From: Azolla caroliniana
Lineage: Eukaryota > Plantae > Polypodiophyta
Direction: 5' to 3'
NCBI GenBank assembly: GCA_043228905.1
Contig: JBHGNT010000005.1
Location: forward strand, 13,640,001-13,704,000
Length of the DNA: 64,000 bases
Position numbers and translations under genes: made by a program. The number at the start of each line of letters is the position of its first letter. Positions within the stretch are counted from its first letter, which is position 1. Below the pieces are notes generated by a model. That model was not told where the DNA came from. It worked only from the letters and a program-made list of their open reading frames with translations, and did not search any database. Shown here piece by piece: positions 13,544 through 24,894 of this stretch.

Positions 13544-14086
13544 TGTTATCCGTATAGGTGTACGGGATGAATAGGGTGTAATGAGTATGATGTGGTGTGT
13601 ATACGAGTGTGTGACGATGAGTATGTGTGAGCACATGCACAATTATGTGCATGTGACAAGAGTGTAACGATCACCTCTTTTCTAGTAGTCATTATTTACC
13701 GTTACTCTATGTATTATATAAACCCCTTATGGGGCATGTAATGGATGTACATTTTTCCCCTCTCACATTTGTGTCATTTTCTATTTGTCTTTCTCTCTAG
13801 CTCTCTCTTTATCATAACCCCCTTGGGAGGGAGGTGAAACCATTCTAGGCTTCACTCCCCACCCCAACAACACCTTTGGCATGCTCCCACTCCCCCTCTC
13901 CATCACAAATCTCTCTCTCCATCTCTGTGTGTGTTCGTTTGTGTCTGTGTCAGAGAGTATCGTCGTTTGTCCATGTAGTCTCTATGTTGAGAGCCTTCTT
14001 GTGTTCTCCTTTCTCTACCTTGTTCAGAGGAACTTGTTCATTCCTCATGAAAATTCATTCATAAGCACACAACAGGGAATTTTACA
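13544..14086 (+). repeat. Possible unrelated LTR fragment
   Basis: TGTT...TACA termini, TATATAAA near 13715, CT-rich tract, followed by a degenerate GTGTATCA PBS-like site. No partner LTR seen. Confidence 0.3.
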
Positions 14087-17000
14087 GTGTATCATCCATG
14101 ATGTTGCCTGCTCCTCCTCGGCTAGACCTTACATGAGACGCAAGTATTATGCTGAATATGATATGAGATCAGGAGAGGTTGGGCCTTCTTCCTTTCCTCT
14201 TCCTTTTCCCCTGTTGCTGCTACTCTCTTGGAGAGCCGAAGTGCAGCGACTTGTCAGAGGATGACTTTGGCATCTACAAGAAACTCTTAGATGCTAGCTC
14301 GCTACACGTTATCTAGGCATGAACTTCTTCTTGTTGGAATCTTCCCCGTTCGCACAGACGATTCTTCCTCCATTTTCTTCCTTTTCCTGATCTTCTCCTT
14401 CTCCATCTCCATCTCTTCTTGATCTCCTAGTTTTGTTGAGGGAAGAAGGAACAGGTTGTCTGTCTTCCTATTTCTATTGGATGGTATGGTACTAAAGAAG
14501 AATCTAAGGAGGAAAGTGATCCCTTTCAAAGCGCTCTTGATGATTAGATGTGGCGGAACACCAGGCATGGCCATATTAATCCACTCATCACTCGGGTTCA
14601 AATCAACAACTTTCATTTGCCTTTTGGAGAGTAGCTGCTCACAAGACAACTAGGCTCTGAACAGAGAATTTTGTCAGCATCTTCCACCCAGAAAATATGG
14701 CCACAAGTGGTGGTGATTGGTTGCCCTTCAATCTTCCCCCTAGGAGGCATTACACTTCATGATAGGTTGAAAGAGAAGAGGAATCAAAGCGTGAGCGTGT
14801 ATGATGCATAGAAAAATAGTACCAATGCTCAATTGCTGAGGTTCATGACACACATCTATCTACTCTACAGCGTGAACATGAGAGACATTCATAGGTAGAA
14901 GAAAGGAAAGTTTGAAGAGAAGCGGATGGTAAGAAGAGAGAAGGATGCTAAAAAGAGAGAAGCTTTGGCTCGAGAAGAACATGAGCCTCAAGAGAAATTG
15001 AGAAGCTGAAGCACAGGCCAAAAGAATAGAGGATGCAAAATTAACTGCTGAGGCTGAAAAGAGAAGACGTTTGAGATGCACAAGCGGACAAGAAGTACGG
15101 TTGAGACGTGTGGCCGAGAGTTTGTCTCTATGGCAAGGTTATCGGGCTGATAACAAAGGATTCCTTGTGTGCAAGAAAAAGATGGCCACTTCCCTAGATA
15201 TGCTTTGCTATTTTTTGTCCTGCCCCATTTAATAACTTCTTAGACACTGTGGTTAACATGAAGTTCGATGAAGAGCCAAATTATGCCAGCCTCATGTGCT
15301 TCTCATGCATCATGGTGTGTGCTACCTCGAGTATCTGCCAATTCTTCCTTTCGGCTACTCCATTTTGTTGGGGTGTGTGTCGGCATGAGAATTCTCTCCG
15401 AATGCCTTCACCTTGGAGGTAGGAGATAAATTCTTCAGAGAAGTACTCCTTTCCTCCATCCGACCGTAGGGATCGAATGTGCCGACCAGTTTCTTTTTCG
15501 ACTTGGCCCTTGAGCTTCTGAAAGTGAGAGAGCACTTTTCTCGTCTTCTTCATTAGGAAGATCCACGTGTAGTTCGAGTAGTCATCGATGAAGGTGACAT
15601 AGTATCGGCATCCGTCGATCGTTGGCGTTTGAGCCAATCCCCATACATCCAAGTGTATGATGTCGAGGAGGCCTTTTCTTGTGTAGTACTCCTTCAGGAA
15701 TGGCAGTCAATGTTGTTTGCCGAGTTGACATGCTTCGCATACTCGGTTGACTTGTTTTGACTCAAATGCTAGAAGTCTGATGACCACTCCCTTTGATTGC
15801 ATCACTCGAAGTCATTGGAGTCTTTTGTGTCACAACTCGATGTTCGTCCTAGTTTTGGGACTTTTGGCATCCATGGCCAATTTCACCTCGTTCGAATCGA
15901 GAATGAACATTTGCTCATCTCTCCGTCTCTTTGATGTGAGTCGGCCATCATTTTCAATGAAGCATCCTTCGTTATTGAAATGAACTTGTATGCCTTGCTC
16001 CACGATTTGGCCGACCAAGACCAAATTCTTTGTTAGTGTGGGAACGTGCAAGACATTCTTGATGCAAGTGTGCTCGCCTTCTTTCCCGAATGGGACATTG
16101 CCGATGTGCCAAATGGGATGTGTGGCGTCGTCTCCCATCCCTATGAAGCTGGGTCGATCACATGTGTGCAATTCACTGAACCACTCTTCGCAGGATGTCA
16201 TGTGATGTGAGGCGCCGGAATCGTGCTTGTGGACTCGGAGGCCGCCATAGAGTTCACTCTATGTCTCATCATGAATAGCACACCATAGTCGTCATATTCA
16301 TAGTTGGTGGCGTAATTTGTGCGTTGTCGACTTGTCAAAGCCGAATTACTTCTATTTTCTGACACTCTTCCCGGTGGCCGATTTTGCCGCAATAGTTACA
16401 AGCAATTGGCCACATTTGTCGACCTTGTTTGGCATGGAAGCTCCCCCTTCTTCCAAAGGTTCCTCGATGGGTTCCATCTTGTTTTCAAAGGTTTGAATTC
16501 CCTTCATTTGATGTGTCGAATCGACCTCTTCTATTGCCTCGACCTTGTCCTCGGCCACCATCCGGATTTGAGAAGAACATTTGTCCTTTTGATGTCTTGC
16601 TTTTTGTTCGAACGTGGTTCTCTTTGTCCAATAACATTGATTGAAGGTCGAAGAACGAAGGAGGGTTTTCACTTGCTAGGATAGTTTTCCTTTGTTAACC
16701 GTTTCTGGGAAAACAACTTCGATGAGCCCACAGGATATCGGTGTCAAGGGATCGTGTTACGTGGGAGTCTCTTCTACATGGGGAGAAGAAAGGAGAACGA
16801 GGAGCATACACGGCTACAACCCGTCAGGCATAAACGAACCTTAATTTATGAGTACGGGGGGGAGAGTACACAGATAGAAGAATAAAAACGAAACTTATAT
16901 TAAATGATGAAGCTCGTAGTGATTACAGTACTCAGCCTCAACCGGAAACAGTTCGTATAGAACTTGTTGCTGTGATATTACTCTCGCTAAGAACGCTCTA

Positions 17001-17318
17001 GCTACTCCCCCCTTGAGATATGCATAACTCGGGTTATATAGCTTTCCCCTTCAGACAGAGCCGAGCCATCGGCTGATTGTGAGGGCTAAAACACAACTAT
17101 TTTTAGTCTTACCTATTTCCTCACCTACTCTTCTACCTAACGGCGAGTTTACGTAATATATTTATATTTCTGGCCTATGGACAACACCTGGCATGCTCGT
17201 GGGACAGGACTTTGTCCGTCGAACCCACGGTTCACAATGTGGAGGAGTAACCATGGATTTGGCAAAACAACATAGATTACAAAAATTGCTCATTCATACG
17301 AAGGCATATAGGTTTGAT

Positions 17319-20300
17319 TTATTCCTCTTCCAATATGCCCAGGATATCCTCAGGGGCATGGGGTTGATCTGGCTGCTCGGAAGGTAGGGTTGGCGATGGA
17401 GGTTTTGTTGTCGAGTTGGGGATGGTTGTGTCGTCGTGTGCGCCCTCCTCTGTTGGGACCGATTCAGGCAGGGTCGTGGTTGTAGGCTGTGGCTCGGGTG
17501 GGATGTGGAGGTTTGTAGGGGCAGGTTCCTCCGGTCTAGCTGCCGTGGTGAGTGGCTCGGTTGGGATGTGGAGGTTTGTAGGGGCAAGTTCCTCCATCCT
17601 AGTTGTCCTGGTGGGTGGCTTGGGTCCTTGCTCGTTGGTTGTGGGAGCTCTGTTAATCCCGGTAGCGAGTCGTTCCTCCTCATATGCTTCGGCTTCTAAG
17701 CGAAACACCATTAGATCGTCGTTGAATTCCTCTAAGAGTTGCTCGATGGCCGCGGTGTGGGATGCTACCAAGGTATGATATTCCTCAGTTAAGTTTTCAT
17801 GGAGGGTCTGGATGTTGGTGTCATCCATCTTGTAAAACCCTCAGCCCTCCTTCTGTCGGTTCTCGGCATCCGCGCGTAGTATGTGTAGGTCCACGGCTTG
17901 GGCTTACCACCCCTACCAGACACGGTCAAGTGTGTCTTTGATCTTTGTGGTGAATTGCTGGCGATACTTGTTGATTAGGATCTTGATTTTAGTATCATCC
18001 ATGCTGATGCTAGCGCGGTGAACTTCCATTGCCTCCCTTGCGGCCTTGGCTTCGGCTTGGCTTTTGCGAACGAGGAGTGCTAAAGTAGCTTGATTATCTT
18101 TTGCTTTTTCGGTGATGAACGCGATTGTCTACTCATAACGTGTGGTGAGCTGAGCTACAGTTTCATCCATGTCTTGTTGCCAAGCGTCCCGATGTTGTTT
18201 TCTGGCGGCGATGTGCTCGGTTTGCAATTGGTGATACACATGGGAAATTTTTGCCCTTTGCTCTTCTAAGATCCTCCACTTCTGCATATGTTCGTTGGCC
18301 ATGTCTTGTAAGGCCCTTTGATGACGTCGTAATTCCTGGTTGTCTGCGAAGAGCTCTTGTTCCCCTTGGCTATTCCACTTTGCTTCTTTGATGAAACGTT
18401 CTTTGGCCTCAGTCATAGAGACCTAAAGAGTCATCACCTCTCTTTCTCGTTCTTCAAGTGTGACTGACCTTTCAGCAAGCAGTCACTTGGGGTCAACCTC
18501 GCGGTGGTTCTGTTCTGCCAACTCGGCCAGAGCGATCTGGGCCTTAAGCTCCTCCTAGTAGTCTCGAAGGGGAGGCCCTGTCTGGGTTACCACTTGCTGG
18601 ATTCTGGGAGAGGGTTCCCTGTCTGTCTATGTAGATCGTTCCATGAAGACCGGGGGTGGTGGCGTTTGTGTGGAGGCGTGTCTGTTTGTTATATCTGCCC
18701 GTGACGAGGGCTCGTTTGTCTGTGCCAAGTCCGTCATTGTGCTGGCATCGACCATGGCTACCCTGGGGTGAGCGGTGTCGTCTTTGTGTGCTTCGGTGCC
18801 TGCAGCATTCAGGCTTGGGTTCGGAAGAGTGGCTGGTGAGACAACGTCACTTGGCGCAGGGAGGCTTAAGGGCGGTTGTTCTGGATGTTGTTGCTTGAAT
18901 GCCGCTAGTTTCTCCTCGGCGGCTTGCCATAGCTCGGTAGCCCATTTGGCTTGCTGATGCGCCATTTTGATACGTCACGCCATGTCCTTGGCTGCCCAAG
19001 TAGTGTAGTGCAGATTGCGATATGCCTCGACTAAGGCCATGTTCAGATTTGGTAGTTCCATGAGGAGCGAAGCATTCTGTACTTGCTTCTTCTATCCTAT
19101 CTTCTATAAGGCTCGATGCTCGTGAGTTGGATCATCTTTGTTTCGGCGTGCTCCTCGGCCATACGATCGGCGAGAGCTACTTGGGTGCACGCGAGAAAAT
19201 CCATTAACTCATATGTTGTGCCCAATTGTAGTAGTGCACTGAACTCGTATGCCTCCGCGGGGAGATCATTGTAACTGAGGACTTCCTCCTCTGATATCTG
19301 CGTGGTTTGTCCATGCTCAATCGTACCAACTTGGAGCCATGACTCCGTTAGTACCATGTCCGTGGAGGTTGGGCTGGCCTCTTTTGATTTCTGATGATGG
19401 TTGCCCTCAGTTCCTGTGGGTGACTCTCGAATGATGCGGCATCGTTTTGGCTGCTGATCCTGTGCGTTCGGGGTTGGTGGTGTTGGCTCCTCGGCCTGTT
19501 TCCTCTTTTGTTGCCATATGGCCGAGGGCTGCTAGCATGTGGGCCGTGGGCTCGGTTGTGGAGAGGTCATTGATGTCCTTGTCGGTTTCTGGCGTATGGT
19601 GACATCCTCAGTGATGGGCTCCTCGGCCTCGTCCCATTCGACACAGGTCACTGTTAACGCTCATTGTTTCTGTGTTTTTGGTGGGGGTGGTGCCGAGCCA
19701 GACATAGGGTTCCGAACGGTTGAGGGAGGTGGAGAAGGCCAAGGGTCTTCCCATTCTTCCTGGGTTAACGCCAAGATCTTCTCTCGTTGTTTCCATGGTG
19801 GTGGTGGAGAGGTTAGGATGTGACAAGGGGAAACCGAAGGAGGTTGGTAGAGGACTGTGAGGAAGTGATTGATGACAGGCAACAAACGCTTACCAGTTTG
19901 GAAGGATTCGAGCGCCGCACGGACTCCTTCGCCGGTGATGATTGCCCAATCGATTTTGTCGCCTTCATACGCTCGGATGATGATAGCAGCTTTGTTCTGT
20001 GGCATACTCGTGGGATTGGTATGCACAAAGGCATATTCCATCAAGATCCGGCGATTTCCCTAAAAGCTTCGTTTGGCCCTCCGTAAGTGCGGTAAGGTTT
20101 ACCCGACATCGAATACATCCCAAAATATTCCTTAATGATCGACTGGGGAGGGATTTCGACCTCATGGTCTCTGCCCTGCGCAAGGTTCAGATCCGCGCGA
20201 ATCATGTTGTTGGATATTGTGTGAGGGTGTATTCGGCGTGCTATCGTTGGGGTGTCAGGGTGTGCTGGGGTGTCGATGACCCGTAAATACCCACCCAGTC

Positions 20301-20400
20301 CTCATCGTTGGAGCCAAGAACAGGTTTCCTGTGATGCGGCGAGAGGCATGGTGGATTCGAAGGTTTGCTGGTAGGAGGCGTGGGGGGAAGCGATGAGACG
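17319..20400 (-). pseudogene. Extra 3' ORF of element C, fragmented; Pro-rich then coiled-coil-like
   Basis: ORF pieces 19661-20044 (AYEGDKIDW), 19097-19357, 18627-18965, 18129-18416 and 17319-17828, collinear with the extra ORF of B. The 5' limit is approximate. Confidence 0.7.
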
Positions 20401-22505
20401 AGGGCGAGAGAGAGAGTTGGGGGATCATTATTGGTCTGTGCAAGGGCTACGAGGGCGAGAGGTAGAAGTCCGTTTGCAGGGGCAATGAGAACGAGATAGA
20501 GCTGCAGGGCTTGAAGACGGTGGAGGCAAGAACGCGTCTGAGTGGGTGGGCGCATTGTGTGTGGGGTAGTTTCTTTTATGAGATTGCCTAGGGTTTTGTG
20601 CAGGGAGAAGATCTTTGAGATTCCCAGTCATGGCTACCATAATAATGTATTATGGCCACGCGTCCCAGGAGTGCTAGTGTGGTGTGCATGCTACTTAAAT
20701 ATTCTATTTTAAAGTGGATGTGACTAGTTGGTGCACCTAAAAAAAAATCTCGTGATTTGTGGTGATTAGTTACGTAATTCTAGGTAATGCTAATTTAACT
20801 ACTAAAAATCATTCCTACTATATACATTTGGTGGGTAGGTCATGATTTTACCGATGGGGACACGTGGCCTCATTCGAGGCGCCGTCCGGGAGCTGGTCCG
20901 TGCCGTCGGTCACGGTGAAAGGATTAACTAGGGTCGTCCCGAGGTAAGGTCGAAGGTGGAAGCCATTTGCCCAACTCTTGATGGTGTCTCCGGCAAGTGT
21001 GCTGAGTTGGAATATGCCGTTAAACTCATCAATTATCCAAAAGGGGCCTGTCCATCGAAAACGTAATTTACCCGGCATAACACTGAGTCGTGTTTGGAAG
21101 ACCAGCACCAGTTTGCCGATGGTAAGTGCTTTCTCCATACCCTTTCGGTGTCGATCGATGAAGGCGTTGTATTGCTGTTGGCATTGCTCCAGGTGAGCCA
21201 TGCTAGCCACTCGTTGTTCGCCAAGTTCAAGGAGTTTTTTGAGCCGATATTGCTTTGATTGACCCTCAGGTAGCCATTCCTTAACCTAAACTCGGAGACT
21301 CGGAACTCGGAACTCGATTGGCATGACTGCTTCCAAACCAAAGGCCAACCAAAAGGGTGTAGATTGAATGCTCGTTTTGAATGTGGTGCGATATGCCCAT
21401 AATGCACTTTGGAGCTTGGCATCCCAATCGTTGCGGTTCTCATTGACGATCTTTTTCAGAATTTTCTGCAAAATTTTATTAGTTGACTCTACCAATCTGT
21501 TTGCCTGTGGGTAGTACGACGTACTTTTCTTATGTACGGCCGCGTAGTGTGTAGTGAGTTCGCGAATTATGTGGTTTAGATTGGGCATCCATATCGGCAC
21601 CATAGATGTTCTATACAAATTTTGCCGTGGATGCAACGGTATTGTCCTGCAGTACCTTAGCCTCGACCCATTTTGTGCAATGTTGTCTGCCTTGCCGGAC
21701 TAGCCTCAACACAGGTGTCTATCCGACACTTCTCCAAAGGGGTGGTAAGGATTGGATGCTAGGTTACACGCGTAAGATGATTACAATTAAGCACAGATGG
21801 TAAAACAATATGAAGATACAGATAAACACGCAATAATTACTTTTGTATTACTTCCGTCCCAACCTTTACAAATCATCGGATCCTTTTATAGGCATCCGGC
21901 AAGGTTACAATCGGTGCGCTTAGGCAACCGGCATCCGAATCGGTCCAGATCCGGATCGGTACAACTGTACCGGATCCGTCCCTCCGAATAATAATTATAC
22001 TATTATTTACTTCCTATTATCCGATCCGACTCCGCCTTCCCACTTGTCCTTGCTCTTCTGACCGGTCAACACATGGCACGCCCGTGGGAAAGTGCCTTGC
22101 ACTTCGAATCCACTCCCAGCCTCATTCTTCCTCCAAAATATCGAGCACACTCTGCTCGATGGTGTCAAGTGGTGCTTCTTCCTCCAATTCCTGTTCCTTG
22201 CCTGCCTGGTCTCCGACCTCCGGTTGGGTTGGCTGTTCCGTAAAAATTTGTTGCTCTGGATCTGCTTGATTCTGTGGTGCCGGTGCTTCCTCACCGCTCC
22301 GTCTGGGTTCTTCCTGTTCTCCCTCCGTTCCAGGCTCTGTTCTGTTACCAGTGTCGCTTTCTCCGGTCTCGACTGGTCAGCTCGGTGCTCCTTCTTCCTC
22401 TGCTCTGGTGTCTTCCGGTCTCAGCTCTTCTTCTTCTCTGGCATCGGTCTGCTCCTGCTCTTCTTGATTTCCTTCGAACGGAAGTTCTTCTTTGGGTATT
22501 CCTTG

Positions 22506-24880
22506 TCAGGGTTGTTCGGTGTCGGTTGGTTCAACTTCAGCCGGTCGCTCTCCCTCACTTATAGTGATTGGCGTCATTCTTCCCTTGGCTTCCTGTCGTA
22601 ACCGGTCCTGCTCGTATTTCCCCAACTCCAACTGAGTTGCGAGCTGCCCGTCATCCAACCTCTCTACCAACCCTCGGATTTCTTTGAGATGTTCTTCCGC
22701 TAAAGCGTAGAAATCCTCCGACAATTCTTCCCGAATGGCGACGATACTTTCTTCATTCATCTTGTAGAACTTGTCACCGGTCTTCCTCCGATTCTCGGCA
22801 TCAGCTCGGAGTGTCTGCAGCTCGGCTGCCTGTTGTGACCACTCCTTCCATAGCTTTTCCGTACTTTCGTTGATGCTTGCCTCAGCTCGGGTACTCCAAC
22901 CTGACATGATGAGCTTGATCCGGTCAACCCCCGCCTTAGCATGCGCATAAGCTTCTTGCTTTTCCTTCCTTGCCCGTTTTATAATGTCGGCCATTATCTG
23001 AGCCTGGGCCTCGTAATCCGCTTTCTGCTTTTCATAGGTACTTTGCAGTTTGTTGATCGTGAAGGTCGATCTTTCCTTTTCTTCATTCCTGATCTTGGTC
23101 AGATCTAGCTTTTCCCGCCTTAGCGCCTCTAATTCCTTTCTTCTCTCTATCGCTTGGGTTATTTCCGCCGACAATGCTTCCTTTTTGGCACTGACCTCAT
23201 CCATTGTCTTAGCCAGGTCTAATCGGGTCTCTTTGAGCTGTTCTTTCAGCTTCTCTATTTGCCGGTCGTAGTCTGTTCCCCGTTTCTTGTTGTCCGACTC
23301 GGCCTGCTTGTGATCTCGGTAGAGACGGTCGAAGTCCTCCGTCTTCTGCTTCAGGCGTCGGCTTACCTGAGCTCTTAACCGGTCTTCCCGGTCCTTCTGT
23401 TGTCGGAGTTCTTCCTGCAGTCGTTCTATCTCCTGCTCGGCATGTCGACGCAGTCGGTCCTTCTCCTTTTGCAGCTTCTCTTTTTCTTCTTGCAGTCGGT
23501 CATTAGTGACTCGGCCTTTCCGGAGGCCTTCCTCCATTTTCCGTCTGTCGTCCTCCACCGCTTTCCGCTGCTCCCTTTCTTTTTCCCTTAATGCCTCCTG
23601 AGCTTTTAACTCCTCTCGTAAGGTTTCTATTATTTTTCCGGTCTCAGGGCCGGTTTGCAAGGCTATCGGTTCCGGTTCCGGTTTTGGTTGCTTCCTTGTT
23701 GTCCCGACCGGCTCGGTGACAACTTCTGCTTGTTGAATTCCTTCCCTTGCCTGCAACAACTCCCCTTGCAATTCCTCGATCTGTGTTCGGAGCGCGACCA
23801 ACTCCTGGGTTGTTGTATGCGTCAGATGTTGCCTACACGTTTCTTCTTCCTCTAACTGGTCCGCTACTCCCGATAACTACTTCGAAAGCCATCTCAGCCA
23901 TTGTGGCTTTGTGCTTCCTGTGTCGGGGTAGCCTTGCTCACTTCTACTCCTTAACTCAGGATGTTTTTCCGGCCTTTTCTCTGGCTCCGGCGCTTGCTCA
24001 TTCCTCTTCTCTGGGATGACCGGTTCTCTGAAGTCCGGCAAAACCGGTGTCGGTGCTGCTTCCCTCGGTACTGGTTCCGGTACTGCTTCCGCCTCGGCTA
24101 CTGGAGGTGGTCCTTGCGCCCTCTGTTGAGTTTTGTCAACTGGTGGAGTCGGTCTTTTCGCCCGTCTCTCTCGACCTTGTCTTGTTGGGAGTCTTACCAG
24201 TGGTTCGGATGAGTCTTCTGTTTCAGCTTCCTCCTCCGGTGCGGCTACCAGACGAACCTTTTGTATAAAGACCTCTGGTTCCGGTTCCGGCCATCGTAGC
24301 GTTATATTGATTGGTTTGAGCGCTACTGGTTCCTCCTCGGCCGATTTCCCTTTGCCTTTTCCTACCGGTTCCTGTTGTTGTCGAGATGGTCCTTCCCCCC
24401 GCTGTTCTGCTTCTTCCTGGGTCCATCCGGGGGTGTGTTTCTCCAGGATATGTCGGCGCTTTGTGACCTTTTTCGGCGTCGTCTCCTGCCGACCTCTTTT
24501 CTTTTGTTTGATGGGGAGCACCGGTGGGACTAACACTATTAGCCATTGTGCTATCCCGGCCCATGGGTTTTTTCCTTCCACAAGGTTCTTGATGGCCTCC
24601 TTCAATCCTTCGGTTATGAAATGGAGCCAGTCCACTTGTAATCCTTCGTACGTTGCAATTAAGAACGTTGCCCGGTACCTGGCTATGGCCGGGGGACGAG
24701 GATTCACGAATCCGTATTCCATCATGGCGCGGGCCACTTCTCCGAACAGCAGGTTCTCTCCGCCCTGTGTTCGGTACGCCTTGCTGCTGATAGAATATTC
24801 ACCGAAATATTCGAACAGGATTTCACTTGAAGGGTTTTCGATTGTTTGAAGTCCTCCTGCTTTTATCCCCGTGAGCGCCT
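22506..24880 (-). pseudogene. Extra 3' ORF of element B: conserved N-domain, Pro/Glu-rich linker, long coiled coil
   Basis: ORFs 23877-24737 and 22506-23801 are separated by a frameshift. The C-terminal part is rich in E/K/R/L heptads. The N-terminus was lost in the deletion near 24895. Confidence 0.8.
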
Positions 24881-24894
24881 ACACTGCTCCTTCC

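Noticed and set aside
17189-17300. Complete tRNA gene or hammerhead ribozyme at the 3' motif
   Set aside because: No 5' acceptor, D or anticodon arm upstream, and no CUGANGA/GAAA core on either strand.
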